From positions 170,295-234,294 of the IMG/VR virus record IMGVR_UViG_3300003310_000099: a DNA stretch of 64,000 nucleotides; one strand, 5' to 3'. This DNA comes from a virus (lineage: Duplodnaviria > Heunggongvirae > Uroviricota > Caudoviricetes). The notes beneath the pieces were generated by a model. That model was not told the DNA's origin. It saw only the letters and a list, made by a program, of their open reading frames with translations, and searched no databases. The position numbers and the translations under genes were made by a program. Shown here piece after piece: positions 8,631-19,514 of the stretch. How positions within the stretch are numbered: position 1 is the stretch's first letter; each line of letters opens with the position of its first letter.

Positions 8631-9680
8631 ATGCAGTACAAAGTAACCATAGATTTTTCTTACGATCTTGAATCTGACAAAGATCACGATGAGCTTTTGA
8701 AAAGTCTAGAACAAGAACTCAATGACCTTACCAAAGGTATTGTGCTTAATAAGAGGCAGATTCGTCTCAACAAAATGAAAGCGGTCAAGCATAAGACGAG
8801 AATTGCTACATTTACTCCTGAAGAATTGCTGCCCCAAGTTGTAAAAGAAGGTAAAAAAGAATTTACCATTGATGGCAATGTCTATTCTGTGAGGATGGAC
8901 AGTTCCAGATATTTTGTTTTCAAAAGAAGCCTTGAATGTGTTGCTTGCGGCATTAAAGGCTCCAAGATGATTTTGGAAATCAACCAGCACGACAAGTCAC
9001 CTCATTTCAATTTGTATGCAGAAGAAAACGGTAAGTTGATTTTGATGACAAAGGACCACATCCACCCTAAATCTAAAGGTGGTAAGAACGAAATTGAAAA
9101 CTATGCAACGATGTGTGCAATCTGTAATAATTTAAAAGGTAATGACGAGAGTTTAACGAATGAGAACATTCGTGTTTTAAGAAAAGTTTACAATGAGAAC
9201 AAGAACCTTCCAAGGAAGCAATTCCGTGAATTGTTAGATTTGGAAAAGTCGAAGATTTCCAAAAATCATGTTAAAGTAGTTAGAAAGGTGAAGATGAAGA
9301 AAACAAGAGGCGCAGAGCGTTTAGAACGCATACAAAAAGAAACCAACAAATTACTTTGTCTGGTTGCAAATACTGAAAATGAGGCTATAATAGCACAAAT
9401 CAAGCATCTGATGAAGGTAGTGAATGACTCGGTAGCTGAATGTGAAGAGGAAGTTGTTGTACATACAAAGAGTGAAGACGCTGATACTGGCAGATGGCAC
9501 GTCGTATCTTTAGGGCCAGACGGACAATGCTCTGGTTTCCATGCTTACAAGAATGGAAGGGATACAGTAGTAAAGGATATACTTCAAGCCACAGAGTTTA
9601 TGTCCAAGAAGGATGCCCAAAGAGTTTGTGATTTACTAGGTAAAACTTATTCAGTAGTTGGTTTTCCAGATAAGAGGTAG
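8631..9680 (+). CDS. HNH-domain protein with extra C-terminal region
   Basis: CVAC...MTKDHIHPKSKGG.N.IENY.TMC.ICNNLKG. Confidence 0.8.
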   Translation: MQYKVTIDFSYDLESDKDHDELLKSLEQELNDLTKGIVLNKRQIRLNKMKAVKHKTRIATFTPEELLPQVVKEGKKEFTIDGNVYSVRMDSSRYFVFKRSLECVACGIKGSKMILEINQHDKSPHFNLYAEENGKLILMTKDHIHPKSKGGKNEIENYATMCAICNNLKGNDESLTNENIRVLRKVYNENKNLPRKQFRELLDLEKSKISKNHVKVVRKVKMKKTRGAERLERIQKETNKLLCLVANTENEAIIAQIKHLMKVVNDSVAECEEEVVVHTKSEDADTGRWHVVSLGPDGQCSGFHAYKNGRDTVVKDILQATEFMSKKDAQRVCDLLGKTYSVVGFPDKR

Positions 9681-9868
9681 GAAATGGAAACTATTAAGAT
9701 GCTGAGTGCTGTTTTAATGCTTTATATGGGCATAACTGCTTTAGTGTATGGCATTATGAATCAATCGACGTTTTATGTATGTGTAGCGATTTATTGTAAA
9801 CTCTCAAGCTCTATTGCTGCATATGAACTTGGGTGGCTCAAACCAAAAGAAAATTTACCTACCAAAGA

Positions 9869-9887
9869 ATAGCTTAGCTGTACCAAG
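9869..9887 (+). repeat. Dispersed 19-nt motif, copy 1 (ATAGCTTAGCTGTACCAAG)
   Basis: Exact match to a motif seen 8 times, all on the + strand; supplies the TAG stop of ORF 9684..9872. Confidence 0.9.
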
Positions 9888-9897
9888 GGGATACAGG

Positions 9898-10257
9898 ATG
9901 AACGCAACTCAAATGAAGGCTCATCTACAGGCGTTTAGTAGAACTCTGGATAATAAAAATAAAGACGAGTGGTGGGGAACTATGCGGGATGTTTGGCAGG
10001 ATTTATATCCAAAATTCCTGTCATGGTATAATAGCCACCACAACAAAGTTAAAGCAAAAGAACACAAGCAGAACAAAACGCTTGACGTAACGCTGAATCT
10101 TGAAGAAGCAAATTTAATAATTCAGCTTCTCGAACAAAGTATCAAAACTGGCATTAGCCCCAATGCTTTTGTGTTGAATGGTGAAAAACGACGTGATATT
10201 ATTGCCCGCATCCAACAAACGCCTACTTACTTAAGAGATTCAGGATTAATCCCATGA
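9898..10257 (+). CDS. Hypothetical protein downstream of motif copy 1
   Basis: AAGGGG RBS then ATG at 9898. Confidence 0.65.
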   Translation: MNATQMKAHLQAFSRTLDNKNKDEWWGTMRDVWQDLYPKFLSWYNSHHNKVKAKEHKQNKTLDVTLNLEEANLIIQLLEQSIKTGISPNAFVLNGEKRRDIIARIQQTPTYLRDSGLIP

Positions 10258-10745
10258 AGACCATCTATTCTAACCACCCAATCAATATTCAGGGTAATAG
10301 TATTTTCCTTGCAGGGCCAACCCCTCGCTCAAGGGATGTTAAATCATGGCGTCCAGAAGCTTTAGCCATTCTTGAGAAGCTAGGTTTCAATGGCACGGTC
10401 TACGTCCCTGAATGGGATTATGATGCTCCAAAGATCAGTTATATGGAGCAAGTTGAGTGGGAATACGCACATCTTGAAAACTGTACAAGTATTGTTGTAT
10501 GGGTTCCTCGCAAGCTGGACACAATGCCCGCTTTTACCACCAATGTAGAATTTGGTAGTTACGTTCGTTCTGGTCGCATGGTTTACGGTCGTCCTGATAA
10601 CTCACCCAAGAATGATTATCTAGATTGGCTTTACAACAAGATTACTGGTCGTACACCCCACAATGACCTGTACAAACTGCTTTATGAAGCAATCCCTTAC
10701 AATGAGGCTTGGGGTGGTTCCTATAATTGCTGTGGGAGATTCTAA
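10254..10745 (+). CDS. Nucleoside 2-deoxyribosyltransferase-like protein
   Basis: SIFLAGPTPR..SWR, QVEWE..L, TTNVEFG motifs. Confidence 0.85.
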   Translation: MKTIYSNHPINIQGNSIFLAGPTPRSRDVKSWRPEALAILEKLGFNGTVYVPEWDYDAPKISYMEQVEWEYAHLENCTSIVVWVPRKLDTMPAFTTNVEFGSYVRSGRMVYGRPDNSPKNDYLDWLYNKITGRTPHNDLYKLLYEAIPYNEAWGGSYNCCGRF

Positions 10746-11009
10746 TGGGTTCTCCAGCTAATTGGGTAATCAAACATGTAGTCATGGATGGCGACTGCAT
10801 AATTCATGTTGCTGACACATTGAAGGAAGCTGAGGAATGTAGGGCACTGTACAGGAAGTATGAAATCCCGAAAGATATGCACGGACATAAGTTCAAAGAT
10901 GGTGCGTGTATTTATTGTAATCAGACACACATTAATTATAGCACTACGCCACAAGTAGAACGGTTGCTTTGTAAAGGTTTCAGGTGTCCTTGGTAAAGGA
11001 GGTGCTTAA

Positions 11010-11606
11010 ATGGCACGTTGGATCACTGCTGATTGGCATCTTGGCGAAGATCGTTTTGATTTAATGGGGCGTCCATTTCGGACTATTGACGAAATGATCG
11101 ACACTCTCACTGCCAATCACAACAATCTGGTCTATCCAGATGATGAAGTGTTTGTGGTTGGGGATGTTTGCTATCAGAAGCGTCCTGAATATCTTTGTCG
11201 GGTTGCTGATTTCCACGGCAAGAAGACTTTAATTCGTGGAAATCATGACAGGGTTATTTCAGACGAAGAATTCTTGAAGTATTTTGATAGGGTAATTCCC
11301 GAAGGTTCAGGCATTGACATGGACATTGAAGGTATTCCTTGTTATCTTACTCATTACCCCACTACTTCAAAGCAAGAGCGTTTTAACTTGGTGGGACATG
11401 TGCATGGGGCATATAAATATCAGTTAAACATGCTTAATGTTGGCGTGGACGTGCATCACTTTCGTCCTGTGAATTTGAAAACGATCCCATTCCATTTCAA
11501 AGCAATTTGCGAATACTATGACCAAGATGTTTGGGTTGCCTACAATCCAATTAATGAAATTTATAAAGGATTAAGGGGTAAAAATTCCTCCTATTATTCT
11601 AAATAG
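11010..11606 (+). CDS. Calcineurin-like metallophosphoesterase
   Basis: DWHLG, GD, GNHD, HYP and GHVH motifs; NVGVD. Confidence 0.9.
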   Translation: MARWITADWHLGEDRFDLMGRPFRTIDEMIDTLTANHNNLVYPDDEVFVVGDVCYQKRPEYLCRVADFHGKKTLIRGNHDRVISDEEFLKYFDRVIPEGSGIDMDIEGIPCYLTHYPTTSKQERFNLVGHVHGAYKYQLNMLNVGVDVHHFRPVNLKTIPFHFKAICEYYDQDVWVAYNPINEIYKGLRGKNSSYYSK

Positions 11607-11631
11607 GTTTAGCACATGTTGCTGGGAAGTA

Positions 11632-12480
11632 ATGCGTATAAGAAAATATAAATTTGACTCAGAGTATTTTAAAACAATTGATAGCAATGAAAAAGCCTAT
11701 TGGCTCGGTTTCATTTATGCTGATGGCAATGTATACAAATATACTTTAGGGATTAAGTTGGCTGGATGTGATTTGTCTGTTTTAGAAAAATTCAAACAAG
11801 ACATTTCGGCTAATTGTCCTATAAAGCCAGTTAAGGATAAAGATGCGTATGTGATTAAAATAAATTCTAAAGAACTGATTGCCCAGCTTGCGGTGTTGGG
11901 CGTTACTGCAAATAAGTCCGACAAAATATCATGGCCTCCAATTAAGAAGGAGTTTTACCCAGCATTTATATTGGGATTTTATGATGGTGATGGCTGGATC
12001 ACTGCTAAACATGCTAAAAATCCTGCATGGTTATCTTGGACTGTAGGGTTTGCTTCTTGTTCGCAAAAATTTGTAAGAAGTTTGAGAAAATTGTTTAAGG
12101 AATATGGTTGTGGGTGTGGGTATCATGTTGTTCGTCCGAGTGAAGGTAAAAGAAAAACTGTTTATCAGTTATGTTATTATGGACAGGCGGCTAAACGGGT
12201 TTTAGATCAGATATATTGTGTTGATTTTAACATAAAAAGAAAAAAGGAATGCTATGAAAAGTTTTCCAAATACCTTGAAACTAAATCTGATAAGAAAATT
12301 TCAAAATACATAGGTGTTTCTTTTGACAAAAAATATAAAAAATGGCACAGTAGAATACAACATGGTGGCAGGAGAGTCCTAATCGGATTTTATGAATCAG
12401 AGTTAGAAGCGGTAATGGCTTACAATAAGTTCATTGACAAGCATGGTATTCCAAAGTACAAAAAAAATGAAATGTCATGA
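11632..12480 (+). CDS. Free-standing LAGLIDADG homing endonuclease with C-terminal AP2 domain
   Basis: AYWLGFIYADG and FILGFYDGDG motifs; SKYIGVSF..KW.SRI..IGFY.SE.EA.MAYN AP2 signature. Confidence 0.88.
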   Translation: MRIRKYKFDSEYFKTIDSNEKAYWLGFIYADGNVYKYTLGIKLAGCDLSVLEKFKQDISANCPIKPVKDKDAYVIKINSKELIAQLAVLGVTANKSDKISWPPIKKEFYPAFILGFYDGDGWITAKHAKNPAWLSWTVGFASCSQKFVRSLRKLFKEYGCGCGYHVVRPSEGKRKTVYQLCYYGQAAKRVLDQIYCVDFNIKRKKECYEKFSKYLETKSDKKISKYIGVSFDKKYKKWHSRIQHGGRRVLIGFYESELEAVMAYNKFIDKHGIPKYKKNEMS

Positions 12481-12674
12481 GAAAAAGAAAGATAACTCCG
12501 AAGAATATGCAGAAGGTCTTCAACAAACTTGTTGATTTCCTGAAAGTTAATAATCTCTGTGCCAAAGAGTTCTGCAAAGATTTCAATAAGTTCTTGGATG
12601 ACCGACTTTGCATGGATTTTTTTGGTACAGAGGGGCAGTGCGATCCTAGAGGCGACCATAGGAACGATTAATAT

Positions 12675-13043
12675 ATGAAGATGCTGTTCGGCAAATATAA
12701 AGATAAAGAAATAGAAGACATTCCTCTCGAATATTTGCACTGGTTGGCCAATAATGTTGAGTTAAAAGGTGCTTTGAAATGGTCTGTTTGCAAACACCTT
12801 AAACTGAATGTCGATGACCTTGAGCAACTGCGAACCGATTACAACGCAGTCATTGAAGAGAATAAGGCATTGAAAGAAGAGGTGGCTAAACTACAAAAGC
12901 CTAGTGGTAAGTCTGCCAAGGTAAAGAACAATTTTGATTCTTTGTATAGAAAGCTTGCAATGAAATACCATCCAGATAGGGGTGGTGATGAAATTGCCAT
13001 GAAAGTTGTTAATGAAATATTTGATGAAATAAGGGGACAGTAA
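12675..13043 (+). CDS. Protein with N-terminal DUF3820/ExoX-C-like motif, coiled coil and C-terminal truncated J-domain
   Basis: FGKYKD..IEDIP.EYL.W; YRKLAMKYHPDRGG...MK.VN. Confidence 0.75.
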   Translation: MKMLFGKYKDKEIEDIPLEYLHWLANNVELKGALKWSVCKHLKLNVDDLEQLRTDYNAVIEENKALKEEVAKLQKPSGKSAKVKNNFDSLYRKLAMKYHPDRGGDEIAMKVVNEIFDEIRGQ

Positions 13044-13398
13044 TGACCCTACTAACGATTCTAATGTGGTTGATTTTCATTGGATTTGTTACTCTAGTCG
13101 GATACATGATTCTTCGAGTCGGCAAGTGCCCACGATGTTCTTCTGAAATGAACGGGCATTTGAAAGTTTGTCCGTATTGTAATTTTTGCAGGGTGGAACA
13201 TGACAAAATCAGAATACATTGATAACTTTGTTGTCACCTTTATCTCTGTTTTCACTGCAAAGAACTACGAAGACTATTGCAGTCGTGGTTTGCACAAAGA
13301 GCTTGAAAACCCGCCATTTGAAGACGCTTTCTACTTGGCTGAGAAGACATGGGATAAATTTGAAGCTGGCTGGGCTACCCTTGGAAAGGATAAGTAAT

Positions 13399-13653
13399 AT
13401 GGCTGGCTATCATGTTGCAGAAATAACCCGTGGCGAGTACGGGGAACTCTCCAAAGTCCTTGAAGAAGCCGAAGAGTTAAAAGACGCAATGGAACAGGGC
13501 CAGAAGCTTATGTGCCTCATAGAACTCTCTGATATGCTTGGGGCTATTGAGGGTTATTTAGAGAAACATTATGCAGGCAAAATCACCATGACTGACTTAT
13601 TTAATATGTCCAATGCTACGAGAAACGCATTTGAATCAGGATACAGAAAATGA
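13399..13653 (+). CDS. MazG-like NTP pyrophosphohydrolase-fold protein
   Basis: SKVLEEAEELKDA...ELSDMLGA (EE..E..E..D pattern); AAGGA RBS. Confidence 0.6.
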   Translation: MAGYHVAEITRGEYGELSKVLEEAEELKDAMEQGQKLMCLIELSDMLGAIEGYLEKHYAGKITMTDLFNMSNATRNAFESGYRK

Positions 13654-14261
13654 ATGAAAACATTAAAACAGAATTGGAAGAGTTATTCAAAACTCTAGAT
13701 GTTAAAACAGTGTTCAACAAATTTAAAAAGGTGTTTGAACCATTAGAAGACTTCATCAGCCCATCAAAGGAGACAAAAGTGGAAAACGTAAAGAAAATGC
13801 TAGAAGGCAAGACAATTGCGAAGGCAGAGTTTGAAAGCTACAGTGCCCAAAACGACACCTTAATCCTCAAGTTCACAGATGACACTCATCTCAAGATTGT
13901 GTCAGACCCGAAAAACATCTTTGATGGTCTGGCATTTTTCCAAATAAAGACCAGGACCGTTGAACAACAATATGATGAGGAAATAAAGTGAAAAGAATTG
14001 AACATATGAATAAGGTCAAGGAAATGCTTCATAAAGCTGACCTTAATGGGTTTGAAGAAGGTTATTGGCGATATTTTGGTTGTGGTAATCATCTTTATAT
14101 TTTTGCTGATAACTGTTACGATAAGATAAAAGAGATTGGAAGTCAAAGAATCCACCCAAGAGATATGGCCAAACAAATGTCTGAAGTCACAGACAAATTC
14201 AGAGTTGTGATGGTTGACGTTGAGATAGGTGGCACAAGCGTCTGGCCAGAGGATAAGATAA

Positions 14262-14831
14262 ATGATTGATTATGAAAAAATAGCAGCCGCAGTCTACCAC
14301 TACGAAACCAAGGGTTACAAAGAAATCGAAGTTCCCTGGATAATATCTTTAGATTCAATGCTCATTACCAGGCCAAAAGGGGCAAGACTCTTCAGCACCT
14401 TCGCTGGCGAGTTGGTTGCTTCTGGCGAACAATCCTTCCTTGAAATAAGAAATCAATTAAAGCCTGGCAAGTATCAGTGTGTCACACCTTGTTTTCGTGA
14501 TGAGCAAACCAAGGATGATCTGCACCACCAATATTTCATCAAGAACGAGCTTATATGGGTGTTGGACATTCCGCAATTAGATATTGCAATGGAAAAGCTG
14601 AACATTGTTATTAAGGATGCGCTTCAATTTTTCAAAGGATGTTGGGCATCACGCACGGAACCAAAGTTAGTACACAACCCACTTGATAATACAATAGCTA
14701 ATCAAGACATTGAGATTAATGGTATTGAAGTAGGCTCTTATGGCTATAGGAGCTATGAAGGCTTCCACTGGATTTATGGTACGGGTTGTGCTGAACCACG
14801 GCTGACCCAAGTATTGGAACTATCTTTATGA
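14262..14831 (+). CDS. Stand-alone class II aminoacyl-tRNA synthetase-like catalytic domain
   Basis: Motif 1 GYKEIEVP, motif 2 TPCFRDE..H..YF, IEVGSYG, motif 3 GTGCAEPRL; 189 aa with no anticodon-binding domain. Confidence 0.75.
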   Translation: MIDYEKIAAAVYHYETKGYKEIEVPWIISLDSMLITRPKGARLFSTFAGELVASGEQSFLEIRNQLKPGKYQCVTPCFRDEQTKDDLHHQYFIKNELIWVLDIPQLDIAMEKLNIVIKDALQFFKGCWASRTEPKLVHNPLDNTIANQDIEINGIEVGSYGYRSYEGFHWIYGTGCAEPRLTQVLELSL

Positions 14832-15150
14832 AGATTGCAAGAAAACATCCTACTAAAAGAATCATAATAAAAACCGCATTAATCGACAAAGGAATGATAC
14901 CAGTTGTTGAGTGGTTGAACAAATTTGAAAGTGTTGTGACGAAGTGGTGTTGTCAAGGCAGTAATAATCCTGTAGATCATCCATATGTTGTATTTGCATG
15001 TGATTATCCTCAAGACTTACTTACTATTGTAGAGAAGGTTGGGTATACAGGAGTGGTAGAAATAAGACCGCCACTTAACATCAGAATGATGGACTACTGT
15101 ATTCGCTTCCCCAACAAAAGAAATTTTAATATCTTTAAAAAGAGTTTATA

Positions 15151-16218
15151 ATGAATATAGTCATACCAATGGCAGGTTTGGGGACACGATTCGCAGAAGA
15201 AGGATTCATGCTGCCTAAACCTCTAATAGAAGTTAATGGCAAAACATTAATAGAACATTCCGTAGAGTCATTGGGCCTTGAAGGTAATTATATATTCATA
15301 ACCAGAGATTATGGAGGGTACAATAGCGTCTTATCACAAAAATTAAAGCAACTTAAACCAAAATCAGTAGAAATTAAAATAAATCATCTTACAAAAGGGA
15401 GTGTAGAAACCTGTCTAGCAGCAGAATCATTAATTGACGACAATGAGAGTTTAATTATAACAAATTGTGACCAGAGATTGGAGTGGGATGCAAATAAATT
15501 TATATCATTTTTTTCACAAGGATACTATGACGGCATCATTGTGACTCATTCTTCCAACAATCCTAAACACAGTTATGCCATTATTGATGATTATGATTAT
15601 GTTTTAAGTGTACAGGAAAAGAATCCTGTATCCAATAATGCTTTAATTGGCGTGCATTATTGGCAAAGAGGCAGGGATTTTGTTTCTTCTGCACATGATT
15701 TATTGAATGAGTCGAAAAACGAGTATTATATATCCGAAACATATAATTATTTAATCAAAGCAGGTAAGAAGATTAGAAGTTATAAAATAAAAGATAATGA
15801 ATACATTTCATTAGGCACTCCCTATGATTTAAATGTCTATAACGGAAAAATTAAAGAGTTTTTCACCAATAAACCCAAAACTATATTTTGTGATATAGAC
15901 GGGACTATACTAAAACACGCTCATCGCTTTAGTGACTTAAAGAACGGACAAGGCTTATTGGATGGGGTGCTGGATAAGTTTAACGAATGGGATTCACAAG
16001 GCTATAAGATTGTATTATGTACAGCAAGGAAAGAATCAGCTAGAGATATGACCGAAAGGTATTTAAGCAATCTCGGCATATGTTGGGACATACTGCTTAT
16101 GGGTTTGACAAGTGGCGAGAGAATCTTAATTAATGACAAATTAAGTGCTGACATGCCCGATAGAGCCAAGGCTATTAATTTGATAACAGACCAAGGGTTT
16201 AAAGAATGCAAATTCTAA
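15151..16218 (+). CDS. Sugar nucleotidyltransferase fused to HAD-like phosphatase
   Basis: IPMAGLGTRF...PKPLI N-terminus; LGTP; C-terminal FCDIDGT..TAR..INDK. Confidence 0.88.
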   Translation: MNIVIPMAGLGTRFAEEGFMLPKPLIEVNGKTLIEHSVESLGLEGNYIFITRDYGGYNSVLSQKLKQLKPKSVEIKINHLTKGSVETCLAAESLIDDNESLIITNCDQRLEWDANKFISFFSQGYYDGIIVTHSSNNPKHSYAIIDDYDYVLSVQEKNPVSNNALIGVHYWQRGRDFVSSAHDLLNESKNEYYISETYNYLIKAGKKIRSYKIKDNEYISLGTPYDLNVYNGKIKEFFTNKPKTIFCDIDGTILKHAHRFSDLKNGQGLLDGVLDKFNEWDSQGYKIVLCTARKESARDMTERYLSNLGICWDILLMGLTSGERILINDKLSADMPDRAKAINLITDQGFKECKF

Positions 16219-16526
16219 AGTTAGAGGATATGAAGGGCGGGTGGTTTATAGGAGACTTTGAGCCAACCGCCCATAAGACCAAGGACTTTGAGGTTTCATA
16301 TAAAGTGCATAAGCAGGGTGAACAATGGGACCACCATTACCACAGATGTATAACGGAAATAAACCTATTGGCTTCTGGTCGAATGATAATGCATGGAAAA
16401 GAGTTGAATGGCGGGGATATATTCATTCTTAAACCATATGAAGTAGCTGACCCTATTTTCTTGCAAGATTGTTATATAGTTTGTGTTAAAACTCCAAGTA
16501 TCCCCAATGACAAAGTTATCATATAG
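16206..16526 (+). CDS. Cupin-fold protein
   Basis: GWFIGDFEP..HHYH...EIN..G.M..G...GDIF. Confidence 0.75.
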   Translation: MQILKLEDMKGGWFIGDFEPTAHKTKDFEVSYKVHKQGEQWDHHYHRCITEINLLASGRMIMHGKELNGGDIFILKPYEVADPIFLQDCYIVCVKTPSIPNDKVII

Positions 16527-17133
16527 TCAAGCAGGTCAAGATATTTTTGTCATAAACTGTCTTAATCATAAGAAAAATGGCATATTTCTGGACTTGGGGT
16601 GCAGTGATCCTATTATCATCAATAACACCTATTTGTTAGAGACGCAGTACGGCTGGAAAGGTCTGTCTGTAGATATTGATAAAACAATGACGGATAAGTA
16701 CGTTAATAGAAACACTCATGTATGGGACTTAGATGCCACAAAATTAGATTTCAATAGTGTTATTGAAATTTGCACAGATAAAATTGATTATCTTTCATTA
16801 GACCTGGAACCAGCTGCTGAGACATTTAACTGCCTGCAAACCATCCCTTTTGACAGAATAGATTTCTCAATCATAACTTATGAACATGATTTCTGGAGAT
16901 ATGGGGACGAATACAGAGATAAGTCCAGGGAATTATTAACCAAACACGGGTATAAAATCATTTGCGCAAATGTACTATCTTTTGATAACATTGTATTTGA
17001 AGACTGGTATTACAATCCTAAGTACATAGATTATAAGAATATAAAGCATTTTGAGAGCGATGGCGAGAAATGGCAAACTATTTTAGATCGGTGTTTAGAC
17101 CACCAGCCAAAATTTGGCTCTGAGGAATCCTAA
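16507..17133 (+). CDS. FkbM-family SAM methyltransferase
   Basis: YSQAGQD, FLDLGC.DP...NNTY.LE...W.G, IDYLSLDLE, ITYEHD, FEDWY. Confidence 0.85.
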   Translation: MTKLSYSQAGQDIFVINCLNHKKNGIFLDLGCSDPIIINNTYLLETQYGWKGLSVDIDKTMTDKYVNRNTHVWDLDATKLDFNSVIEICTDKIDYLSLDLEPAAETFNCLQTIPFDRIDFSIITYEHDFWRYGDEYRDKSRELLTKHGYKIICANVLSFDNIVFEDWYYNPKYIDYKNIKHFESDGEKWQTILDRCLDHQPKFGSEES

Positions 17134-17650
17134 TTATCTCTACTCCAAGATGTTCGAGGGTATATTTCAGGTAGCTTTCTGGGTGAAAAGTTTTTCCTTG
17201 ATAAAAAAACATTTGGTGAGTTAAGTAAACTGAATAGTATTTTTGCATAACTTCATAGGTGCCGAACGCTGTCCAGTCATTGACTCCACCTCTCCAATCT
17301 ACGCCCGTAGGAATATAGACACGATTATTAGACAATTGATAACTTGCCAGGTCTATTGGCTTGTCAAATATGGTATCATAACGCATACGGACATAAACAT
17401 TAAGTCCTAGTGGGGCTTTGATGAAGGCTTGCCACATGTTATGCCACATATTCAAAACACGATGAGGAACATTATCTGGCAAACCTTCATGATAATAGAT
17501 GTTAGATGAATATCCAAATATATCTTTTTTATAGAAGTTTAAATCTGCATTAAGTTCATTATAATGAACTTCTAATGCATCGCCAAAGGTATCTTTATGA
17601 TTTTGTTTATCCCAATTGCGGGTAAATCCGCTATAAATTAAACAGTTCAT
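17078..17650 (-). CDS. Glycan-biosynthesis-associated protein (glycosyltransferase-like)
   Basis: YSGF.R, VRMRYD, GVND..AFG...M..Y, HPE..L motifs; lies in the glycan cluster. Confidence 0.55.
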   Translation of the reverse strand: MNCLIYSGFTRNWDKQNHKDTFGDALEVHYNELNADLNFYKKDIFGYSSNIYYHEGLPDNVPHRVLNMWHNMWQAFIKAPLGLNVYVRMRYDTIFDKPIDLASYQLSNNRVYIPTGVDWRGGVNDWTAFGTYEVMQKYYSVYLTHQMFFYQGKTFHPESYLKYTLEHLGVEIIRIPQSQILAGGLNTDLK

Positions 17651-18234
17651 AGTTGGAAAATATAATACCATGAGCGTTCGAGGAAATGAACTTCTTCATG
17701 GTCTTTATGCGTTGATACAGTGCTTAACAATCTATTATAATATTCTAGTGAACGAGATAAAACGGCTTCTTTCCTGACAGATAGAATAGCTCCCCAGAAT
17801 ATAAACAAGTTATTTGAGAAATTAATTGTTGGGTCAATGTATTCATGCACCCAATCGTAGCCATTTTTGTCACACATCAACAGATCACAATTTTGCCAAC
17901 TTCTGATATGGCAATCTTGATCTAAACCTTGTATAAAAGGAGCAGAAGCAGCAGTGTGGCTATAATCGGTTATGTTTAGGTATTCTTTTACATGGCAATG
18001 TATATGATCGTGTGGCCAGCCTTGGGTGAAGAATACAATATCTGGCAAAGTGTCATATCTGTCAATAATGTATGTTAAGTAGGTATGAGCCTCACGTCCA
18101 ATGTTAGGTAGTCGGTGTTGAATGCAGGGTATTTTTGCATTTTCGCCTTTGCTATAGACATGTACAGATTCTTTGGGAAATCTGCGTAGCCATAACAAAT
18201 CTTCATTGTGGTGCGCTACAATAATTTCATACAT
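17647..18234 (-). CDS. DUF3431-like protein (putative glycosyltransferase)
   Basis: LPNIGREAHTYL.YII..YD.LPD...F.QG.P.DH; HFLERSW..IF. Confidence 0.8.
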   Translation of the reverse strand: MYEIIVAHHNEDLLWLRRFPKESVHVYSKGENAKIPCIQHRLPNIGREAHTYLTYIIDRYDTLPDIVFFTQGWPHDHIHCHVKEYLNITDYSHTAASAPFIQGLDQDCHIRSWQNCDLLMCDKNGYDWVHEYIDPTINFSNNLFIFWGAILSVRKEAVLSRSLEYYNRLLSTVSTHKDHEEVHFLERSWYYIFQL

Positions 18235-18824
18235 ATTTTAATAGGAGTATATGATGATGAAATTTGGTGAATTATCGGCTGGAGTGTATTTTAGTATTGT
18301 GCCTGATGATGGAAAAAGGTATATTAAATTGTCTGGTAATGATTCTGCCTGGAATGCCCGAAATGAAAGTGGCCTCTACAATTTCTCCGAAAACCAACAA
18401 GTCGAAATTCTTAATAACTTTAAAAGGGCCAGTGATTGTGATGTTAGGTCTATATGATACTCGAAAAAACTATAAAGAAATTAAAAATTTATTAGTATTT
18501 GTGCTGTGTATTATTGCGGCTGTTGTAGGTTTTCTAATAGGCTTGGAGTTATAATATGGGTGGTCGATGTAGGTATCCATGTAACAAGATAAAACATCCT
18601 GACATTTACATGGCTAAATTGCATTTAGAAGTATTGATAGCCAGGAATCCAGACCATAAGATGGCCATTTATCTATGTGAAGAATGTGTTGCAAAAGATG
18701 GAAAGGAAGTCTGGCATGTAGGACATGTAAGAAAGAATGGCACAGCCTATGTCAAGACGCCAGAAGGCGGCAAGACACTTAAAAAAGTTGTGATAGATCA
18801 GGATAACGTCTCGAACTATTTGCC

Positions 18825-19514
18825 TTAAATCTTCTTAATCTTGTAATCATCAGGCAACTCAAAGTCATTATATTCAGTCAATTCTTGGGCAACCATAGCC
18901 AAGATTTGACCTGTGACAGTCGCTTTTTTAACATCTTTTCTTAAATCATACAGAACTTCTATCTGTACGGCTTGTGCATCATCGTCTGGATACCATTTCC
19001 TAAATATTTGAACGGTGTTTTTTCTGCTCCAGCCAGCATAAGCTCCACCAGCCTTGCCTTGATATACTTTGTGGTTTTCACTTGCTTCAAGCAAGTAAAT
19101 AACCAAATCCCTCACCCATTTATCACAAGTAAAGGAATGTGGATAACCAGCACCAGTGCCGACAACATAACCAATGTTTTTATCAAAATCTTTGATTTTA
19201 TTGCCAAGACCATGTATAAAGAAGAAGAATGCTTTCGGAAACTTCTTGAGGATACGATTCTTATATCGGATAATAGGCTCAAGGAACTCTTCTTTTACCA
19301 CGTCTTTGTGACAATGTTCCATATTATTGCAATTTGCTTGGTCTTTTGATACATTTACAGTATCAGAACGCTGAAATCCTCTATTAATAACTGCATAACT
19401 GTTGAGGTGAGCAGCGGCGACTTCGGCAATGATGGCGGTATTTTCGTCATCGTGGCCATGAGGAGCCACAAATACTACGGGTGTTTTTCCAGATATTAGC
19501 GATACTCTTTCCAT
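18825..19514 (-). CDS. N-formylglutamate amidohydrolase / Zn-peptidase-fold protein
   Basis: VFVAPHG, IHG, VQIE motifs. Confidence 0.5.
   Translation of the reverse strand: MERVSLISGKTPVVFVAPHGHDDENTAIIAEVAAAHLNSYAVINRGFQRSDTVNVSKDQANCNNMEHCHKDVVKEEFLEPIIRYKNRILKKFPKAFFFFIHGLGNKIKDFDKNIGYVVGTGAGYPHSFTCDKWVRDLVIYLLEASENHKVYQGKAGGAYAGWSRKNTVQIFRKWYPDDDAQAVQIEVLYDLRKDVKKATVTGQILAMVAQELTEYNDFELPDDYKIKKI

Noticed and set aside
14262-14831. Pyrrolysine system (PylRS plus amber codon)
   Set aside because: The similarity is only the generic class II core; there is no pylT or pylBCD in the window.
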